Below are positions 1-7,470 of a DNA stretch of 19,566 nt, piece by piece. The position numbers and the translations under genes were made by a program. The stretch spans positions 1 through 19,566 of the forward strand of contig JANRLD010000083.1 of NCBI GenBank assembly GCA_033762915.1. Direction: 5' to 3'. The DNA is from Meiothermus sp. GTDB taxonomy: Bacteria; Deinococcota; Deinococci; Deinococcales; Thermaceae. The notes under the pieces are model-generated. The model did no database searches, was not told the DNA's origin, and worked only from the letters and a program-made list of their open reading frames with translations. The number at the start of each line of letters is the position of its first letter. Position 1 is the first letter of the stretch.

Positions 1-794
1 AGCCCGGCCAGCAGCGTCACCGGCCACAGCCAGAACAGGTCGTGAACCGCCAAGGTAAGCAGGCTGGAGAGGCCCACCAGCAGTGTTAGCTGTCCCCCGC
101 TCAGCCGCCAGCGCCGGACTGCGGACAGCACCACCCCGGTCAGCAGCGCTGCGTACAGCAGCAGACTGGTCACCCCCATCCCCTCGGTGAAGGAGGCCAA
201 GCCGGGGTCGGCGGGCCGAGCGCCCTGGAAGAACCCGGTGGCCTCCGAGAGCGGGTTGACGAAGGCGGTGAAGAAGGAGAGCAGGGCCAACAAGTAGGCG
301 CTCGCCGCCACCGCCGCCCAGTTCATCGTCCCCTGGCCCCGTAACCAGGCCGCCCGCAGCGGTCCCGCCACCATCAGACCGCCACCCAGCGCCAGCAACA
401 GGTGGGTGGGACTGAGGAGCGCCTCGACGTTGACCTCGATGCCGAAAAGGAGGTGCCAGATCATGTCGCCCATCCCGCCCACCGAGAACAGGGCGATGCC
501 CAATAGGCTGTATTCGTAGCCCGTCGGAACGGCCCCGCGCCAGGTGCCGGTTCTGCGCCAGTTCAGCAGTGCCGTCCCGACCAGGTAGGCTGCTAGGGCC
601 AGGAACCCCGAGTAGAGCACCCCGTGCCAGGGGGTGAAAAAGCTCTCCAGGGCCTCCGCCAAACGGTGGTGCGCCCAGGCATCGAGGTGGATGCCCCCCA
701 CCATCCAGCCCGACAGCAGCACCACCGCCCAGTCGAATCGGCGGACATCGGGTTGCGGGAATGTACCTGCGGTTGGTTTGATGCTATTGGTCAT
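1..794 (-). CDS. Polytopic membrane protein with two D-x3-H...P-x-H motifs (3' end runs off the window)
   Basis: Not in the ORF track because there is no stop in the window. Manual translation from ATG 794: MTNSIKPTAGTFPQPDVRRFDWAVVLLSGWMVGGIHLDAWAHHRLAEALESFFTPWHGVLYSGF...GGMGDMIWHLLFGIEVNVEALLSPTHLLLALGG... It has many hydrophobic helices and a GGGAG SD upstream. Confidence 0.85.
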   Translation of the reverse strand, partial: MTNSIKPTAGTFPQPDVRRFDWAVVLLSGWMVGGIHLDAWAHHRLAEALESFFTPWHGVLYSGFLALAAYLVGTALLNWRRTGTWRGAVPTGYEYSLLGIALFSVGGMGDMIWHLLFGIEVNVEALLSPTHLLLALGGGLMVAGPLRAAWLRGQGTMNWAAVAASAYLLALLSFFTAFVNPLSEATGFFQGARPADPGLASFTEGMGVTSLLLYAALLTGVVLSAVRRWRLSGGQLTLLVGLSSLLTLAVHDLFWLWPVTLLAG

Positions 795-813
795 GTGTGT
801 CTCCCTGCTCTTT

Positions 814-845
814 AGGTTAGGGGCGGTGGCACAGATTGACTTGAA
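814..845 (-). promoter_or_regulatory. Putative AraC-dependent promoter embedded in the 3' end of the araC gene
   Basis: Minus strand reads TTCAAG (845-840), N20, TAACCT (819-814). The -10 overlaps the araC stop codon and lies about 20 nt before the ATG at 794. Confidence 0.4.
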
Positions 846-1614
846 CGGAGTGGCTGGAATTGCCGGAATTGCCGGAATTGCCGCCGAAGACCTCTGAGGG
901 CTTGAAGCCGAAGGTTTCGCGGAAGACCCGAGCCAGGTGGGCCGAGTCGGCAAAGCCCGCCGCGTGGGCGGCCTCGGTGAGGGTCTGGCCGGAGGCGTAC
1001 TCGAGGGCGCGAAACAGCCGCTGCCACAACAAGTAGCGCTGGAGCGAGAGCCCCATCTGCTGGCGGAACAGGTGCCGCAGCCGTGAGGGCGACAGGCCGA
1101 CCTGCCGGGCCAGGTCGGCGATGGGCCGGGGGGAAAGCACCTGACTTTGGGCGATCTGCGCCACCGCCTCCACCCTCGAGTCCCTCCGCAGGGTCGTCTC
1201 CTCGGCGGCCAAGTGGCGCAGCAGATCAAGTGCCAGTCGGTGTGCGCTGGGACAATCCAAGGTCGCGGGCGGTACGCCCGCCAGGGTTTGCAGGGGTCGG
1301 CTAAGGTCGGCTGCGGCCCAGGTTTTCAGGCCGAGGTTTGCGGTGCTGATCCCGCTTCGCTCGCTCCAGGCCAGCATCACTCGACTCCCCTCGCTCATGA
1401 CCAAGTGGGGGGTGTCGGAACCCACCGCGAAGGCCGCGCAGGGTTCGGCGGACGATGCATCTGACCCCAGGCCCACCCGCATAGAGCCCTCGAGGGTCAC
1501 CCCGACCTGCACCGCGTGGTGGCGGTGCGGGGTGGAATCCAGCCCCCGGCCCACGTAAAGGGCCTGGCCCGGCCATAGCCATACCACGGAAAGGGGATCG
1601 GGGGGAGGGGGCAT
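817..1614 (-). CDS. AraC-family transcriptional regulator
   Basis: C-terminal double HTH (IADLARQVGLSPSRLRHLFRQQMG...LTEAAHAAGFADSAHLARVFRETFGFKPS) and an N-terminal cupin-like HRHHAVQ motif. Start moved to ATG 1614 because the longer ORF overlaps the upstream gene. Confidence 0.92.
   Translation of the reverse strand: MPPPPDPLSVVWLWPGQALYVGRGLDSTPHRHHAVQVGVTLEGSMRVGLGSDASSAEPCAAFAVGSDTPHLVMSEGSRVMLAWSERSGISTANLGLKTWAAADLSRPLQTLAGVPPATLDCPSAHRLALDLLRHLAAEETTLRRDSRVEAVAQIAQSQVLSPRPIADLARQVGLSPSRLRHLFRQQMGLSLQRYLLWQRLFRALEYASGQTLTEAAHAAGFADSAHLARVFRETFGFKPSEVFGGNSGNSGNSSHSVQVNLCHRP
856..882. repeat. 3 x 9-bp tandem repeat (GGAATTGCC) encoding GNS-GNS-GNS at the AraC C-terminus
   Basis: ggaattgcc at 856-864, 865-873 and 874-882. 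Confidence 0.95.
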
Positions 1615-1654
1615 AGGTTTGAGGCTGGAATCGGAATCGGCCCGAGGGATTCCA

Positions 1655-2476
1655 CTACAATGACCAGTACACCACCGTGTCGTACAGACCCGCCGCCAGC
1701 AAGACCGCGCCCGACGCACCGCGCAGCACCCGTCCGCCCCGGCCCAGCCCGCCCAGCACCTGACCCTTGGGGCGACCTTGCTCGAGCAGTGCCAGCATCA
1801 GTATGACCGGTAGCGCCGTGCCCAGGGCAAACAGTGCGGGGAAGGCGAAACCCAACCCAGAGGCTGCCGCTGTGGGCAGCATCAACCCGAAGAACAGGGT
1901 GAACATGGTCGGACAAAAGGCCAGCCCGAACGACATCCCCAACAGAGCCGAACCCGTATCGCCCCCCAGAGCGCGGCCCCAGCGGCTCAGGGGCTGGGCG
2001 CTGAGGGAGGGCAGCGGTAGGCGAATCCAACCCAACATCACGAAGCCCATCACGAGCATCAGCGGCCCCAGCGCCTTGCGGACGGGGGTGAAGACCTCGC
2101 CTGGCGAGACCAGGCCGTTGAACAGCACTGCCGCCGCCCCGGCCAGCCCCAGGTACACCACCGACTTGCCCAGCACAAACCAAGCCAGTCGTCGCCAGGC
2201 CGTGAAGGGCGCGGCCTCCCTAGAAAGCCAAGACAGGGCCGCCGCGTTGGTGGAGAGTTGACAGGGAGCCAGTGACCCCAACACCCCCAGCAGAAAAGCC
2301 CCCAGCAAAGGGATGGAGAGTCCCAGCCGGAGCTGGTTTATGGGTTCGGCCAGCCAGGCAAAGGGCTGGCTGGCCAAGCGGTAGAGGTCGGCGGATAGCC
2401 AGGAGAGTTGGCTGGAGAACAGCGCCAGCACCAGAAACAGCCCCAACAAACCGGCCCAGCCCCAGTATGCCCTCAT
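1655..2476 (-). CDS. CcdA/DsbD-like transmembrane electron transporter (DsbD_2-type membrane protein)
   Basis: 273-aa hydrophobic protein with two membrane Cys motifs, SLAPCQLSTN and LAFCPTMF. ATGA overlap with the upstream gene. Confidence 0.8.
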   Translation of the reverse strand: MRAYWGWAGLLGLFLVLALFSSQLSWLSADLYRLASQPFAWLAEPINQLRLGLSIPLLGAFLLGVLGSLAPCQLSTNAAALSWLSREAAPFTAWRRLAWFVLGKSVVYLGLAGAAAVLFNGLVSPGEVFTPVRKALGPLMLVMGFVMLGWIRLPLPSLSAQPLSRWGRALGGDTGSALLGMSFGLAFCPTMFTLFFGLMLPTAAASGLGFAFPALFALGTALPVILMLALLEQGRPKGQVLGGLGRGGRVLRGASGAVLLAAGLYDTVVYWSL

Positions 2477-3090
2477 CGCACCGGGTTCTCCGGCCCCCGG
2501 CCCCGGTAGGCATCAACGAATGCGGCAGCGGCAGCCGCGTCCCAGTTTTCAAGGCGCAGGGTTTTATTCCAAGCCGTCAGCTCGACGGTCGGCCCGATGC
2601 CCGCTCGAGGAACCACCACCACCCCGTCCCACTGACCGCGAAACTGTCCCGCCCAGGCCCGCAGGGTGTCGAGGGCCTCCCGGCTGGGCTGGTCGTAATA
2701 GATCACCACGTTGCCGTGCTCCAGGGAGTGAACCAGCCGCTCCCTGGCCTGGGGGCTCTGGTAGAAGCCTGCGTCCACCCACTGCGGGGAATGGGTGCCG
2801 GAAGTCGGGGGGTCGGCGGCGTAGCTCAGGGCCTGGCCCGGGGGGCTGTGCCCGCGCCCCGCGTCGGTGCCGGTCTGCACCTTGGACAGTGCCGCCTGGC
2901 CTTGGGGGAGCAGGCCGTTGAAGTTCGAGCCGCTCTGGCGGACTTGCAGCGCCAGGTATATCCCCCAGGCTGCACCCAGGGCCAGCAAAACCCAGAGCAG
3001 CATGCCCCACCTCGATGGCTTCTGCTTGGAGGAGTAGGTTGCCGCCGCGTTTGGGGATTTGCTATCGCTTCTACCACGATTTTTTGCCAT
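2473..3090 (-). CDS. DUF3105 domain membrane-anchored protein
   Basis: N-terminal TM helix, then PPTSGTH, LVHSLEHGNVVIYY, LTAW and a terminal GPE, all typical of DUF3105. GGAGG SD upstream. Confidence 0.85.
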   Translation of the reverse strand: MAKNRGRSDSKSPNAAATYSSKQKPSRWGMLLWVLLALGAAWGIYLALQVRQSGSNFNGLLPQGQAALSKVQTGTDAGRGHSPPGQALSYAADPPTSGTHSPQWVDAGFYQSPQARERLVHSLEHGNVVIYYDQPSREALDTLRAWAGQFRGQWDGVVVVPRAGIGPTVELTAWNKTLRLENWDAAAAAAFVDAYRGRGPENPVR

Positions 3091-3123
3091 ATCTTTGCCT
3101 CCAACTCCTCCAACCCTCAGCGT

Positions 3124-3996
3124 TCAGCGCTGCCAGACCCTGCCGCTGCCGTCGAGCCAGACCACGTAGCCCGCCTCGCTGGGGCTGCTGGTGAGCGCTA
3201 GCACCGACGAACTCTCCAGTCGCTGCCAGCCGCCCTCGCCCTGCACATAGAGGCCCCTGCGGCCCCCCACGTACAGTTTCCAGTCGGCCCCCACGCTCAT
3301 CGCCAGCACGTCGGTCTCGGGCGGGTCTACGGGTGCGAAGCTCCGCCCCCCGTCCGAACTGCGGTACAACCCAAGCCCCGCGCCTCCCGCGTAGAGGCGG
3401 TTTTCGCCGTCCACCGCTAAAGTGTGCACCCCTCGGGGAAGACCCCGGCCCGCCAATCCTTGCCAGGTGGCCCCGCCGTCGTCGCTGCGGTACAGCCCCC
3501 CGACCACTTCCCAGAGGTAGTGCTGGCGGGGGTCGGACGGGTTTACGGCGTAGCCGTGGAGGTCGTCACCCGGCAGCCCACGGGGCTTGAGGTCGCGGAA
3601 AAGGCTCAGGTCTCGGCTCTCGGCGTAGACCCCGTGTCCGGCCACGATCAGTCGCTCCCCGTCCCAGGCCAGATTCATCGCGTCGTAGTCGGTCTGGCGC
3701 AGGGCATCGCTCCAACGGCCCGGTTGGGGGTCAAACCGCTGCACCCCATCATGGTGTCCGAAGAAGACCTGCCCGGAGGGCAGGAGGGCCAGGGCGTGGG
3801 CATCGCGGGTGGCGACCTTGCCCATCGGCATGGTCATGCCCGGCATCCGCCCGTTGGGGTTGCCGTTACCGTCCATCGGCATCCCGCCAGTGATGGTCAT
3901 GCCGGGCATCCGGGGAACTGTGGACTGCACCAGCAGGGCCACCAGCCCGACCAGCAAAGCCAGCCCCAGACCCAGTTGCCACCAGATCGGTTTCAT
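3124..3996 (-). CDS. Exported/anchored BNR (Asp-box) beta-propeller, F510_1955-like, with a Met-rich linker
   Basis: Signal/TM segment, MPGM...GMPM...MPGMTMPM linker, motifs DAHAL, GHHDG, DAM, AGHG and DLHG, and Asp-boxes SDDGGATW and SSDGGRSF. Confidence 0.8.
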   Translation of the reverse strand: MKPIWWQLGLGLALLVGLVALLVQSTVPRMPGMTITGGMPMDGNGNPNGRMPGMTMPMGKVATRDAHALALLPSGQVFFGHHDGVQRFDPQPGRWSDALRQTDYDAMNLAWDGERLIVAGHGVYAESRDLSLFRDLKPRGLPGDDLHGYAVNPSDPRQHYLWEVVGGLYRSDDGGATWQGLAGRGLPRGVHTLAVDGENRLYAGGAGLGLYRSSDGGRSFAPVDPPETDVLAMSVGADWKLYVGGRRGLYVQGEGGWQRLESSSVLALTSSPSEAGYVVWLDGSGRVWQR

Positions 3997-4037
3997 GCCA
4001 AGTTCCTCGCGCCGCTCAACCTCCAGGTCACTGTGTC

Positions 4038-4070
4038 ACCATACAAAGGCCGTATTAAGGACTTGTAAAG
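4038..4070 (-). promoter_or_regulatory. Box A plus -10 (promoter of the propeller-DUF3105-ccdA-like operon)
   Basis: CTTTACAAGTCCTTAAT (4070-4054), N10, TATGGT (4043-4038). Confidence 0.8.
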
Positions 4071-4665
4071 CGGTCTTGGTCGGCCATCGGATGGAGCTGC
4101 CCAGTGTCCCAGTGGCCCCACTTCCACCAGCGCACCTTAGGGATGCCCACGATGTAGGTTTTGGCCACCCCGCAGGGCACGAACCCGACCGAGAGGATGC
4201 CGCGACGGGAGGCCCGGTTTCCGGTCTGGGTGTCCACGTAGATGCCCCCAGCGTGGGGCTGAGCCAGGGCCTGGGACATCAGGTAGCGCAGTCCCGTCTT
4301 ATACAGCCCTTTTCACGCCAAATCGGAAGGGTCTGGAAGGCGAACAGCCAGTGTACGGGTTGGCGCTGTATCTCAGGGTGCAGGTGTACCGGCCCTGCGG
4401 TGTGGGGGTGGATGAGCCAACCGTAGGCGGCCCAGGTGTGGATGCCGTGGATCACCACCCCGCTAAACCCTTGGCTCAGGTAATCCAGAAACACCCCCTC
4501 GAGGGCCGATCCGCCGAAGAAGTGCCGGATCATTTCGGGCTGGGCGGGGGAAAGGTACAGGCCCAAGGGGAGCGGGCTTCCGCTGGGGGCAACGTATTCG
4601 GGTAGACGAAAAACCAGGCTGGTACGCAGGCGCAGCGGGGAACGCTTGAGCAATGAGGTCGGCAA
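4055..4665 (-). pseudogene. GNAT-family acetyltransferase split by a 1-bp frameshift near 4314
   Basis: TTG start with AGGAG SD. Frame 1 ends ...FQTLPIWR(EK) and the -1 frame continues KGLYKTGLRYLMSQALAQPHAGGIYVDTQTGNRASRRGILSVGF. Joined, these give GNAT motif A (R-x-K-G-L-Y) and motif B (N-x-A-S...G-F). Confidence 0.75.
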
Positions 4666-4682
4666 AGGGGTCTCCTGGGTAG

Positions 4683-5564
4683 CTACGGCAGCATGGCCCG
4701 AATAATGCTGGTCAGGTTGGCCCGGCTCAGTTCGCCCACCTGGCGTGCGCGGACGGTTCCGTCTGGAGCGATGAAGACGGTGGTGGGCAGTCCCACCCCG
4801 CCGAAGCGGGTGTAGAGGGCCTGGGTGCGGTCAAATCCGGCCTGACCCGGCGGCGCATCCAGCCAGATGGGGTAGCTCACCCCTGCCTGTCGGATATAGG
4901 CCGCCACAGTTCGGGGGTCTTCGTTCAAGTCCACGCCTACCACCACCAGCCCACGCGCCTTGAACTCGGCCTGAACGCTGTCCAGCAGGGGCATCTCGCG
5001 GCGGCAGGGCGGACACCAGGTGGCCCAGAAGTTGAGTACCACCGCCTTACCACGCAGGCTGGAGAGGGTTACGGGCTGGCCCTGAAGGTCCACCAGCCGC
5101 ACCTCCGGGGCGGGGTCGCCCAGCTTGACCGTGGTCGGGTCGCCGGTACGCAGTCCCAAGAGCGAGTAGCCCAAAGTGAATAATGCTCCACCCGCAGCAA
5201 AACCCAGCAGCAGCGGGCGGACATAGCCAACACGCTTGCTTTTGGGGCGGTGCCACAACGCCCACATGCCATAGCCCAAACCGCTCAACACCCCGGCCCA
5301 CGGCAGATACCCCGGCTGCCAGAGGTACAGCACCGTCAGGGGAGCGTCCCGGTAGCCCTCCCAGTTGAGCAGTGCGAAGCCCAGCCGCGCGCCCAGCACC
5401 CCGGTGACGACGGTGTTAAATACGATATTCCCCACCCACTGCCCGTCCAGCCCGGCTCCCCGCGCCGCCCGCGTGCCCCACCACGAGGCCAGCAACAGCC
5501 CCCCCAGTAGCAGGAGCCGTACCGTGGCCACCATGAAGGGGCCGATGTTCAAGACCTCGGGCAT
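4683..5564 (-). CDS. Lgt-like membrane domain fused to a TlpA/ResA-like thioredoxin
   Basis: The N-terminus resembles the Lgt N-half (MPEVLNIGPF...GVLGARLGF...). The C-terminus has DLQGQPVTLSSLRGKAVVLNFWATWCPPCRREMP and the cis-Pro motif GLPTT. Confidence 0.88.
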   Translation of the reverse strand: MPEVLNIGPFMVATVRLLLLGGLLLASWWGTRAARGAGLDGQWVGNIVFNTVVTGVLGARLGFALLNWEGYRDAPLTVLYLWQPGYLPWAGVLSGLGYGMWALWHRPKSKRVGYVRPLLLGFAAGGALFTLGYSLLGLRTGDPTTVKLGDPAPEVRLVDLQGQPVTLSSLRGKAVVLNFWATWCPPCRREMPLLDSVQAEFKARGLVVVGVDLNEDPRTVAAYIRQAGVSYPIWLDAPPGQAGFDRTQALYTRFGGVGLPTTVFIAPDGTVRARQVGELSRANLTSIIRAMLP

Positions 5565-5585
5565 ACCTAACCCCTGCCCTCGAGC

Positions 5586-5993
5586 CTAGCGGGGCTTGCG
5601 CTCGAGGGCGAAACCTGCCGCCTTCCATGCCTCGAAACCGCCCTTGAGTTCGCGCACGTTGGTGTAGCCCAGCCGCACCAGCGCCTGGGCCGAGAGGGCG
5701 CTCATGCGCCCGGAACGGCAATAGACCACGATCTCGGCGGCCTTGTCCTTGGGCAGGTTGGCGGCGCTTTGGATGGTGTCGAAGGCGATGAACAGGTCGG
5801 TCTGGGGCAACTCGCCCTCGTAGGGGACGTGGGTGTTGATCAGCACGAAGTCCTTGTCGGCGAGCTGGGTCTTGAGTTCCTGTGGGGTCAGCAGACCCCA
5901 GCGGCCCCCCTGGGTCTGGACGGTCTGGCTGGGAAAGGGATGGGCCAGCGAGAAGCCCAGCAGCAGGGCCGCCATTAGCATTAATCTGAGCAC
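5586..5993 (-). CDS. Exported single-domain rhodanese-like protein
   Basis: Signal peptide ending SLA|H, active loop YCRSGRMS and C-terminal LKGGFEAW. GTG start with GGAGGT SD. Confidence 0.9.
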   Translation of the reverse strand: MLRLMLMAALLLGFSLAHPFPSQTVQTQGGRWGLLTPQELKTQLADKDFVLINTHVPYEGELPQTDLFIAFDTIQSAANLPKDKAAEIVVYCRSGRMSALSAQALVRLGYTNVRELKGGFEAWKAAGFALERKPR

Positions 5994-6027
5994 ATCTACC
6001 TCCGCCTCGCAACAGCGCGATTGCGCG

Positions 6028-6060
6028 AAGATAAGGCGGGCCTATTAAGTTTTTGCAAAG
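6028..6060 (-). promoter_or_regulatory. Box B plus -10 (promoter of the rhodanese-tlpA-GNAT operon)
   Basis: CTTTGCAAAAACTTAAT (6060-6044), N10, TATCTT (6033-6028). Confidence 0.8.
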
Positions 6061-6155
6061 CTTCGGTTCGGGGCCGACTGTTTCCCTGGTAGACGCGGCG
6101 TGGCAAAGCCCCGTGACGCTGCATAGCGTGAACTCGGCCCTACCGCCAGGAGGGT

Positions 6156-6161
6156 TAGACT
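6156..6161 (+). promoter_or_regulatory. -10 hexamer of a probable leaderless transcript
   Basis: TAGACT, N6, ATG (6168). No regulon box upstream. Confidence 0.55.
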
Positions 6162-6167
6162 GAGGGG

Positions 6168-7421
6168 ATGAGCCCCACCCAGTCCCTGATCGCCCGCTGG
6201 AAAACCGACCCCGGCGGCACCTACCAGACCTGGTTCTTGTGGGAAGAGCGGCTCAAGAACTTCCGCTCCATCCGCCGCGGTTTGCAGCAGGTGGTGCGGG
6301 AGATCGAGGCCGACCGCTTCGGCAACCAATATCGGGGCTCGAGCCTAGAGACGGTGGTACACTCCATCGCCGAGCAGCGCCAGATGTTCAAGGGGGCCGA
6401 CCACGCCTTCTTGTGGAAGCCCAAGCTGCGTATCCCTGACATCTACGAGAACCGCGCCAACCAGCAGGCATTTGGCCGCTTTCTGGATACCTGCGCTTGC
6501 TGCAACACCGAGCCTGAATTACTGGGGGCCGTGCACCAGCTAGACGCTCAGCGGATCAAGGGGCTGGGGCCTGCCGCCGCCAACCTGATGTACTTCCTCC
6601 ACCCCACCCACATGCCCCCCTTCAACACCGCCCTCGTGAACGGCTACAACGTCCTCACCGGCAGCAAGGTCAAGCTGGGGCGCTGGGACGAATACCTGGC
6701 GATGCGCGCGGGGTTTCTGCGCCTCAATCAGGAGCATCGCGCCCTGCTCTCCAACGACCTAGGTGCGCTGGCGGGTCTGCTGTTCGACCTGGGCAGCGGG
6801 CGCTACGCCCCACCCCCAACCAATGATCCGCTGGCCCAGCGTGCCTGGGAAGCCGACCTGGCCCGTGTGCGGGAAGAGGCTAAAGCCCAGGCCCAGGCCA
6901 AGGAGAGTGACCGCACCCACACCCAGGTTCAGGGATGGCTGCGCGACCTGGGCCACGCACTGGGGTTCGCGGTATGGGTGGCGGCCAACGACCGCAGCCG
7001 CCCCTACGCCGGGGGCAGCCTGAGCGACGGCTGCCTCGAGGTGCTTCCGGCCTCTGTCGCGGGCATGCCTGGGGTCGAGGCGGTGCGATTGATTGATGTG
7101 CTGTGGCTCGAGCCGGCCAGCGGGCGGGTGGCGGCGGCTTTCGAGGTCGAGCACAGCACCTCGATCTACTCGGGCATCGTGCGGATGCTGGACTTGGCGC
7201 TGGGCGCACCGGATCAAGCGGTGCAGGGTCTTTACTTGGTAGCCCCCGACAGCAGGGAGCGCGAGGTGCACGAGCAACTCCAGCGCCCGGCCTTCCGGCA
7301 GATCGCCCACCTGCACATGCGCTACCTGCCCTACGGCGAACTCGAGCGCCACCGTGAGGCCATCGCCCGCTTCGGCTCGGGCCTCAAGGCTATCGAGGCA
7401 TTGGCCCGGACACTGGCCTAG
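6168..7421 (+). CDS. Conserved protein with a C-terminal PD-(D/E)xK restriction-endonuclease-like domain
   Basis: 417 aa. C-terminal HTQVQGWLRDLG...LIDVLW...AAFEVEHSTSIYSG; N-terminal domain with CACC and an HhH-like IKGLGPAAA. Confidence 0.7.
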   Translation: MSPTQSLIARWKTDPGGTYQTWFLWEERLKNFRSIRRGLQQVVREIEADRFGNQYRGSSLETVVHSIAEQRQMFKGADHAFLWKPKLRIPDIYENRANQQAFGRFLDTCACCNTEPELLGAVHQLDAQRIKGLGPAAANLMYFLHPTHMPPFNTALVNGYNVLTGSKVKLGRWDEYLAMRAGFLRLNQEHRALLSNDLGALAGLLFDLGSGRYAPPPTNDPLAQRAWEADLARVREEAKAQAQAKESDRTHTQVQGWLRDLGHALGFAVWVAANDRSRPYAGGSLSDGCLEVLPASVAGMPGVEAVRLIDVLWLEPASGRVAAAFEVEHSTSIYSGIVRMLDLALGAPDQAVQGLYLVAPDSREREVHEQLQRPAFRQIAHLHMRYLPYGELERHREAIARFGSGLKAIEALARTLA

Positions 7422-7445
7422 GGCTGGACAACCAAGTCTAGGCCA
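7414..7445. terminator. Possible hairpin between convergent genes
   Basis: TGGCCTAG (7414-7421) and CTAGGCCA (7438-7445) form an inverted repeat. There is no U-tract. Confidence 0.3.
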
Positions 7446-7470
7446 CCGACAGGTGGAGCAGGGCCGACCA

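Noticed and set aside
1615..1719. N-terminal extension of the AraC ORF
   Set aside because: It overlaps the ccdA-like gene and does not look like protein. ATG 1614 is preferred.
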